A DNA stretch of 64,000 bases from Amphiscolops sp. MND2022 (taxonomy: Eukaryota): assembly GCA_964187785.1 (NCBI GenBank), contig OZ076410.1, positions 37,696,001 through 37,760,000 of the forward strand, in the 5' to 3' direction. Each line of letters begins with the position of its first letter. Positions within the stretch are counted from its first letter, which is position 1. This document shows, piece after piece, positions 56,421 to 64,000 of this stretch. Under the pieces are notes generated by a model. The model was given only the letters and a program-made list of their open reading frames with translations, searched no databases and was not told the DNA's origin. A program made the translations under genes and the position numbers.

Positions 56421-58739
56421 TAATTCTTGAGTTGCTTTTCAAGGGGTTACGTAATACTGGCGGTTTTTGCTCTGCCACAATTTGTCTATTTTTAGTTTTC
56501 GGACTAACATACTGAAAACTTTGCGGAATTTCACAATGACAATGTCTTTTTTAGAATCACCTGTGATACATCGTATTTCAAAGCCTTTTGTCAAGTGTTT
56601 ACTTGAAAATCGTCCTTTGCAGATACCGGGATGTCAGCAGTTTTGACAAGTTGCTGACCTCGAGAATTATTAGTTTATCACTCTGTTTTTAGAGCACCAA
56701 TCACACAAAACGCCGTTCAGCAACTGTTTTATTGAACTCCTGTGAAGACGAGAAGGCTTAGTACGAAGATTTTCTCTCCAGGTTTCCTCCTGGATCTCCA
56801 GATCGCCAGTCGATCTCAGCTCTCAATTCGTTTCGCAGTGGTAGTTTCTGTTGAAAATATTTTCCATGAATGTTAAGTTTTGAACTTGTTACAATATCAG
56901 TGAAGTGATATTATCCTTTATTCTTTTGTGTACAAAACACTTTGTCACAGTCCGCTCCCGGACTGGAATGTGGATGCAGACGAATTGGTTATGGTAGAGG
57001 TCATGGGTGCACAGCGAAACTTTCACAACGGTAATTTGGATGTTGAACTCTTACAAAAATGAATAAACTGTGACTAAAAATACAAAACTTACGACGATCT
57101 TACGCAAATATCAATTGGAAATGAAAATAGGAAACTAATTAGGCCAAAAATGATTTCACGTTTTTCCGGCAGGACGAGTTTGTCACGTTAAAATAGAAAC
57201 ATCCGCCATCTGAAAACAAAATTAAAGTTAGATCATAAAATAATCTAAATAAAAACACATCCAAAATCATCCTTAAGGAAAGACATCAATCAGATCCAAA
57301 ACAGAAAATACCTTGAGATGACACACCAAGTGACGTCACTGCTTCGTCAATGCACACCAGGAAATCATTCCGATTATCCGCCTGTACTAATAGTCTTATT
57401 AGAAATCATTTCAATTTTCCGCCAGTGTGACGTCATACCCCTGACAGCTAGCTAGAAAGTGTTCTAAATACTCGACAGTATTACGTCAAACTAGTCACAC
57501 TGGCAAGTTTGCCAATAAAACTTGTCAACGCTACGTTGCAAATCCATCAAAATAACTAATTTACTCCATCAAAAAAGACGTTTTAATCCATCCAGAATTG
57601 CAAAAGGAACGCTATTTTTAACGGAAATAATGTAGAGGAAATCATTAAATTGAACCAAATGTAGCTAGGATCAAAGTAAAATTTAGCGAAGTTGCGTCTA
57701 TCCTTCGTCGACTAAAATATTATTTGTTTAAAATTACACTAAAAAACAGTCTAAGTGAGATTTTTCCGCATTTTGTGAACAAAGTCACAGTTTATACTTA
57801 AGTACTGAACAAACAACTGTATTTTGTTAGGTGAGAATACTTTTCTATATCACCAATTTTATGCGTGTAAGCCTGTTGCTTGATAACAGTTTGTATTCTC
57901 AACTCGTCAGCTTCTTTTTGTATGACGTTGTCACCTCGCTGACATATATCGGAGAATTTCATAGACTTGTTAACTTTGGTAGAAAACCCCGCTCAGTTGA
58001 ATGTTACTTCCAAATGAGCTACCAATACTAATGTGCTTTTACTTTTGGGTATTATTAAAATCACTACTTTAAGGTTTCTGCTGTGTTTAGTTCTGGCTTG
58101 GAAACTTGACGTGCTTGTCTTGTCAGACTAAAATTATTGCCAATGTAATAATTTATGTATTAATAATTGTAAAAAAATTGTAAATGTTAATTTTATTCCT
58201 AGTGTACAATAATTGTGTTCCAGTTTACCGAAATTCTTCCCTAGCATCGTTCAAATAACCACAACTTGGAAACTAGTCAAAGCATGTTCTTTGAGTAAAA
58301 ATTCAAAATCAGGTATAAGTTGTTCACGTCAGCGTCGTCTCCGCATCAATTTTCCTACGAACCAAAGCAGCAAAACAGGGAAATATTTCCGGTTTGACAT
58401 ACTGAAGTAATAACTACTTCCTGCTTGGGAGGAAGCAAAAGGACGGCGGAATGAAACGATATGATCATGTTGGATGACTAATGCTAAATTAGAATTGCCG
58501 TGTCGGGATCGTAATGATTTTTTCACCGAAAAAACAGGAAATGACCAATTGTTCGAGGAAAATTAGGATTATAGTCGTGATCAAATGACGCTAGGAGGGT
58601 ATAAATACGATGCATTTTGTGGGTTAAGGGACTCAGTCTTTTCATCTGTGAAAATCAGCTGTACTACGATAATTCAATTTCTCAGCTCAATTATCAACTT
58701 TGTTGAAAATACAGTTCAAAATAAAAATTCAAACTCAAT

Positions 58740-61700
58740 CTCTTCACCCACAATGTTGACAACAAGAAGCCAAAATAGAAGAAACAACCAACAAGAAAAC
58801 TGTGAAAATGTAAGTGAAAGTCTAGTTTCGCCAATAGTTGTAGAAAATCACTGCTCCGCGGGTCCGCCAAGACCAAAATCCCCTAGAGTTGAACAAAAAT
58901 GATCTCTTGGAAAGTTTGAGAGCTTCTTTTAAAGAAGAGATAAGGAGTTTGGGAATTTTCGCGTAGAGTTCCAGAAAAGATGTTGAAATTGTTGAAACCT
59001 AAAACAAGAGCGAATATAAGGGAGAACGTCGGAGAAGAATCTGAACGTGAAATTAGGAGCATTTACATTCCTACAAAATCCGTTAGGATCAACTCAACCC
59101 AAAATTGACACGACCGTCAGTCGTAACATGGTGACAGGAGTCCTAACCGACTCCACCAACCAGCCAAAAAGACCAAAAATAAGGTCTCAAAGCCAACCGG
59201 CGACACAAGAGCGTCCTGCAGTTGCCAGAACAGTTTTTGGAGCGGAAAAGAACGACAACACCACACTACTTATGCCAAAAGCCCTATTGGCATCACACCC
59301 AACGTTCGATGGGAAATCTGAAAAATTTGAGTTTTTCGAAGACCTTTACCGCAACAATATTAAAATGTATCTACACCTCACGGAAATCCAAAAAATCAAC
59401 TATTTTCACTCCCTATTTCGTGGAGACGCATTACAAGCGTTTTGCAACATTGAAGATTCGAAAAAAGACTCATTTGAAGAAATAATGAGGATTTTCAAAA
59501 CGTCGTTTCGGCGACTACCTATCAATGGCAAAAACCAGATGCGAATGGGATGCACTCAGATTCGACCCCTCAACGCAAAACTCCACGAATTTTTAGATGT
59601 ACTTCAAAAAACCGGAAAAAAAGCCCATGGATCAGAAGCCCAACAATTCATAGACAAAGCCATATATGCCAAAATGCCCGACCATGTCAAGAAAATACTC
59701 AATTGGGCATATCTTGAAGACAAACCGTACAATGACCTTGTGGTTCACCTGGAAATAGGAATGAGACTCAACGGACTTGGAGAACCAGATGAGGTAACCC
59801 TCGTTCCACTTAACAAAACAGAACCGGCCCAACTAATATCTGAAGCCAAACCAGTAGAAAACATCACCCAGAATGCAAAAAAGGATATTGCTTTTATTGG
59901 AACAAGTTTGGTCATTTCAAAGAAGAATGCCGAAAAATGAAAAGAGATAAATGGCAGCAGCCACGGAGAAATGACGGCCAAACCAAAAGTAGTGCAGGCA
60001 ACACGCTTAAATGCGATACTTGCGGCAAACCTCATAAAGATTGTTGGAATGGAGCCAACTCTGCCAACGATCAGCGACCTAAGCGTCACTTCCAACAAGA
60101 AAAAAAGACGGATACCTCTGTCCAGCAAACGACAACCACATTAATCGAAGACTCAAAAATACTAATTACGCCGTGTCTGCGCTTCGGGGAACCAGTAGAC
60201 GCGAGGGCGTACTCAATAGAAGATCCCCCACCAAACACACAACAACGGAATGCAATGCACAGAAGATTGTCTAAGACGGCAAGCCATCGCCACTATAAAA
60301 AGACACAACGCCAAACATGAAAAACAAAGAGAATAACCAAGACTGGATCAATGACTCAGAAGATCAATATATGACGACAAAGAGACCACTACCAGCATCA
60401 GATCAAGAAAGAATCTATCTATTCGACAAAGTCTACCGATGTGACCCCTGGGACAAGCCCGATCTCTACAACTAATCATCCCTCACCTTCAAGGAACAAT
60501 CCATTGCGCCAGTAGCAGACCAAAATACAAACATCTCCGATGAGCAATCACCACCACCACTACCAAAGGAAGACATCAACGGCTCCACCACGAAATCTAT
60601 CTTCCCGGATGACTTCCCCGTCTCGCTGAACTATATCAAAGAATACATAACTGAAAAAGACTGAGACACTTATATACCACTACACTCGACAATACCGCTG
60701 AATAAACGACGACGGATGCTCTACTTACCACTCGAGTTCGGCGAAATAACAATGGACCGAATCGTTGACTCAGGAGCGTTCATCAACGCGATGTCGTGGT
60801 CAGACTACAATCTAATCAAGATGAACAGCAACAACTGCGTCATCAAGAAATATCAGCAACCACCTTTCAAAATTCAGTGTGGCCAAAGCTCACCTAGAAC
60901 AACCAATAGCCACAGCGGATATACAATTCAACATCGGAACCTACACGTTCACGGACACCTTCGCCATCCTCTCAAAGACGTCTTTCCCCATAATAGGGTT
61001 GAATTACATGCGAAATCATCAAGCGGTGCTAGACACAGCGAACGGAAACATCAACTTCCCGCACGCCGAAATAACGCTAGCCATGACAGATGAAATGAAA
61101 GAAAAACTGCAATCCAAAACCGCTTCAAATAATGGCAGAAGGAATCAAAACGCTATTGCCACAACAAACAACAACAGTAAAAGCAATAGTAATCACCATG
61201 AATACAAATGACGTCACTGGGACGGTACAGCCATTACCACAATTCGATAAGACAGCCACCATCGTCGTCACACCAGCGACGGCTCACAACAAAAGAATCA
61301 ACATCAGAATAACCAACCTAACGGATTTCCCACATACAATAAAAAATCACACCAAACTGGCGGCGCTACATTACGATACATGAGCCGCATCGAACTAGAA
61401 AGATCTTGCTAGTTCGATTAATAGCCAATAGCAACGCGTTGTAGTTTTAAATACACATTACGTTTCAATACTCCTTACACTAATTGATTTATCGTTTCAC
61501 TGAGTGACTAAAACTCGTGGTTTGACTCCTTTACACAGTATTCAATTACGCACTTTGACTAATTTCCACTTCGAACATCAATACGGAATTTAATTAAAAT
61601 TCACTTTAGTCTGGTACACCTTTTGACAAGAATACACTAATTGATGGATTTACATAGTGTAATATAATCAATGTGTGTAATATGGGGTAACTTTGATGAC

Positions 61701-64000
61701 ATCATTGTAATACACGTTACCTTAATAATACGTTAATTAGGTTAATTAGGTTGATTGCTTTTCACATCCCATTGATTTCACACATTTCTCTCTATTGGTC
61801 GGACAGTTCCTCTTTACAAGCTCACAATCAGTTGCATTGATGATGTTTTAATCATTAAAAACGTTGAAAGTTTGCAAAACGTATAGTTGATGTATACTAT
61901 ATTCAGAACAGTTTTAAAAATTCAACTTGTAAATTATAATTCCCGTTTGAACAAGATACAATATTATAAAAAGGCCCCTATTTCACGCAAATTTTCTCCG
62001 TGACAAATCTAATGAGCCGTGCCTGATGATTATGTCGACAACAAGGGATCAGAAAAAACTATGGGAGTTCACGCATCAAACATTGAAAATTCAGACTCAA
62101 AATCTGAAGATTATCCTCTTACACCTTCAGAAATGAAAGATTTAGCACATCGTGATAAGCCTCTGTACGGAAATGAAATAGACTTAGACGCAACTATAGT
62201 ATCAAATGATCACTCTGAGTCATGTATTTTAGGTCTAATGGTATACAATTAAGCTCATGGTATCAATCAACTCTAGTGTAACTTTAGTGTAACTCAATCC
62301 ACTTAAACAGCGTGAAACTGTGTAAAACAATCAAACTATAGTGTAAATCAATCAAGTTAAGCAGCGTAAAACAATCAAAGTTGTTACTGAGTGAATTCAA
62401 ATTTAAAGCGTCAGCAAGAAATTGTCTAGTCTTAATGAATTAGTGTAAAGTAGTCAAACTTTGACTACTATCCACTTTTTGAGGAGATTAGTTTCTGAAT
62501 TCGTCAAAAAGTGGATTCTAGTTAAAGTTTGACTGATTTACACTTGACACAATTTCTTGACTGGAATACACTTTTTACGAATTACACTTAATGACTAAAA
62601 TTCGTGAATCTGCGTTACACTGCTTGACTGAAATACGCAATAAAATAGCTGATACACGTTACACCCCTTGACTAAAATACGGTTGGAGACTATTTTACAC
62701 TGAAAACATACTACACTTGATGATAAAAATTCACTTTTGGGGCTCATGTTTCGTAATGTACAAATCCTTAAACCTGAAAAACGAAACAAATACAACCCAT
62801 TGACGCTGCCACACTCAAACTATTGCAACACCCTGATGATACTAACATGTATGTGAATGAACTCATAAAATCCAATGAAAATGAACAAATTGATGAAAAT
62901 TTTTGGTTCCCTACACCTGAGAATCCAGGGAACGAAGAAGATCATATGCCAATCCAACGACGAATATTGAAGAAATCCGTGAACTCATTAAAAAAGAACA
63001 ATTAGATCCAACCAAAGACCAAGAATCAAGAAAACAATTCCTAGAAATGTTTCAATGGAAGGCTCTCAGATTGAAGCAAATGACAGGAAACAACTAGAGC
63101 AAACGATAGTCGAATACAATGATAGTTTCGGCCGTTTACCGACTTGACATTGGCATAAACAACACCTTTAAGGTAAAACTAACTCCGAAGGATGAACGTC
63201 CAATCTACACACCAAGCCTACCGGTACAATTCGCTATTGCCCCAACAAACAACAACAGTAAAAGCAATAGTAATCACCATGAATACAAATGACGTCACTG
63301 GGACGGTAAGATGCTGAGAGGGATTAAGCAGAGCCCATCAGCATTTTCAAGTTTCATGCGGGAGTACTTAGACAAAGTGATCAAAGCCGACCGGTGTGCG
63401 CAATACGTGGACGACATTGGAATAGCCGCCAATTCTGAGACGCAACTAATACGCAACCTTCGAGCCGTTTTTGAATGCATTAGACAAGCAGGACTCAAAC
63501 TATCGATCGACAAATGCCACTTCGGAAAAACTAAGGTTGAATTTCTGGGAAGGACCATAACACCACAAGAAATCGCCCCCAAGACCACAAAATCCAAAAA
63601 TCTTTATCAAACGTGCGATTACTGAAATAAAAGAATTAGGTACAAAGATACATAGGCTTTGTCAACTATTATTGCAACATCCAGCGACTGTCAGAAAAAG
63701 TACTTGGATTTTACGAATTTTTGAAAGCAGATGATCAAATCAAGGTGACAGAAGACTTACTAGACAACTACAAAGCGATCAACGCAGCACTAGTGGAAGC
63801 ATGTGGATTGGGCCTCAAACAACCAATCACAGGACGTCAATACGTCCTGATGACGGACGCCAGCTTCCGCGCCTCAGGATATGCGCTAATGATTGAAGAA
63901 GGAAACAATAAAAAATTCAATTCCAAAAAGAAAACGTTTGTCTCTGTAGCATTCGGATCAAAGGTGTTTTCACCAGCACAACTGACAATGTCATTTTATT
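58740..64000 (+). mobile_element. Decayed Ty3/Gypsy retrotransposon (gag, knuckle, protease, RT, RNase H; continues past the window)
   Basis: PTFDGKSEKFEFFEDLY gag; CDTCGKPHKDCW; IVDSGAFIN protease; YVDDIG RT with KCHFGKTKVEFLG; LMTDASFRASGYAL RNase H. Many frameshifts. Confidence 0.88.
61369..62758. mobile_element. TA-flanked MITE/non-autonomous DNA transposon (1390 bp) inserted in the Gypsy pol
   Basis: TIR CATTACGATACATGAGC / GCTCATGTTTCGTAATG, with TA on both sides. Excision restores the frame KLAAL-QILKPE. Confidence 0.8.

Noticed and set aside
56420-58560. Possible LTRs for the two Gypsy elements (AATAAA near 56725, TGACGTCA motifs near 57330-57435)
   Set aside because: No second LTR copy is visible in the window (one end is in the gap, the other beyond 64000), so boundaries cannot be supported.

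Overview
Eukaryotic (AT-rich, invertebrate-like), repeat-dense scaffold window with a 200-N gap at 52353-52552. Two host genes lie on the minus strand: a 5-exon PPIL4 (cyclophilin + RRM + RS-like tail, 490 aa when I splice it) and a 2-exon SPIN90/NCKIPSD-like gene. The main object is a complete 13,777-bp Polinton/Maverick (adintovirus-like endogenous dsDNA virus) at 9134-22910. It has AGTAGT...ACTACT termini, ~120-bp TIRs and a perfect 6-bp TSD (GCTATG), and it sits inside PPIL4 intron 4. Its + strand carries a compact block (unknown ORF, PLA2-like, 2-TM protein, packaging ATPase, two conserved-type ORFs, PHD finger/integrase, minor capsid, amphipathic core-like protein, major capsid, cysteine protease); its - strand carries a protein-primed PolB. 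Three unusual features can be read from the sequence. (i) The pPolB gene appears to contain GT-AG spliceosomal introns, all phase 1: one rejoins the frame inside the exonuclease region and two add a Ser-rich/acidic C-terminal tail. (ii) A PHD finger is in frame with the integrase, which has no ATG of its own near its N-terminus. (iii) Three C2H2 zinc fingers precede the pPolB body. This copy carries about 10 point lesions. The rest of the window is non-autonomous Helitron/Helentron-like elements, MITEs, degenerate APE-RT LINEs, a CRE-like fragment, a hAT deletion derivative and two decayed Ty3/Gypsy elements, plus tandem duplications (2.2 kb and ~8.1 kb offsets) and a fold-back rearrangement. 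All family calls come from motif recognition by eye; no database search was run.
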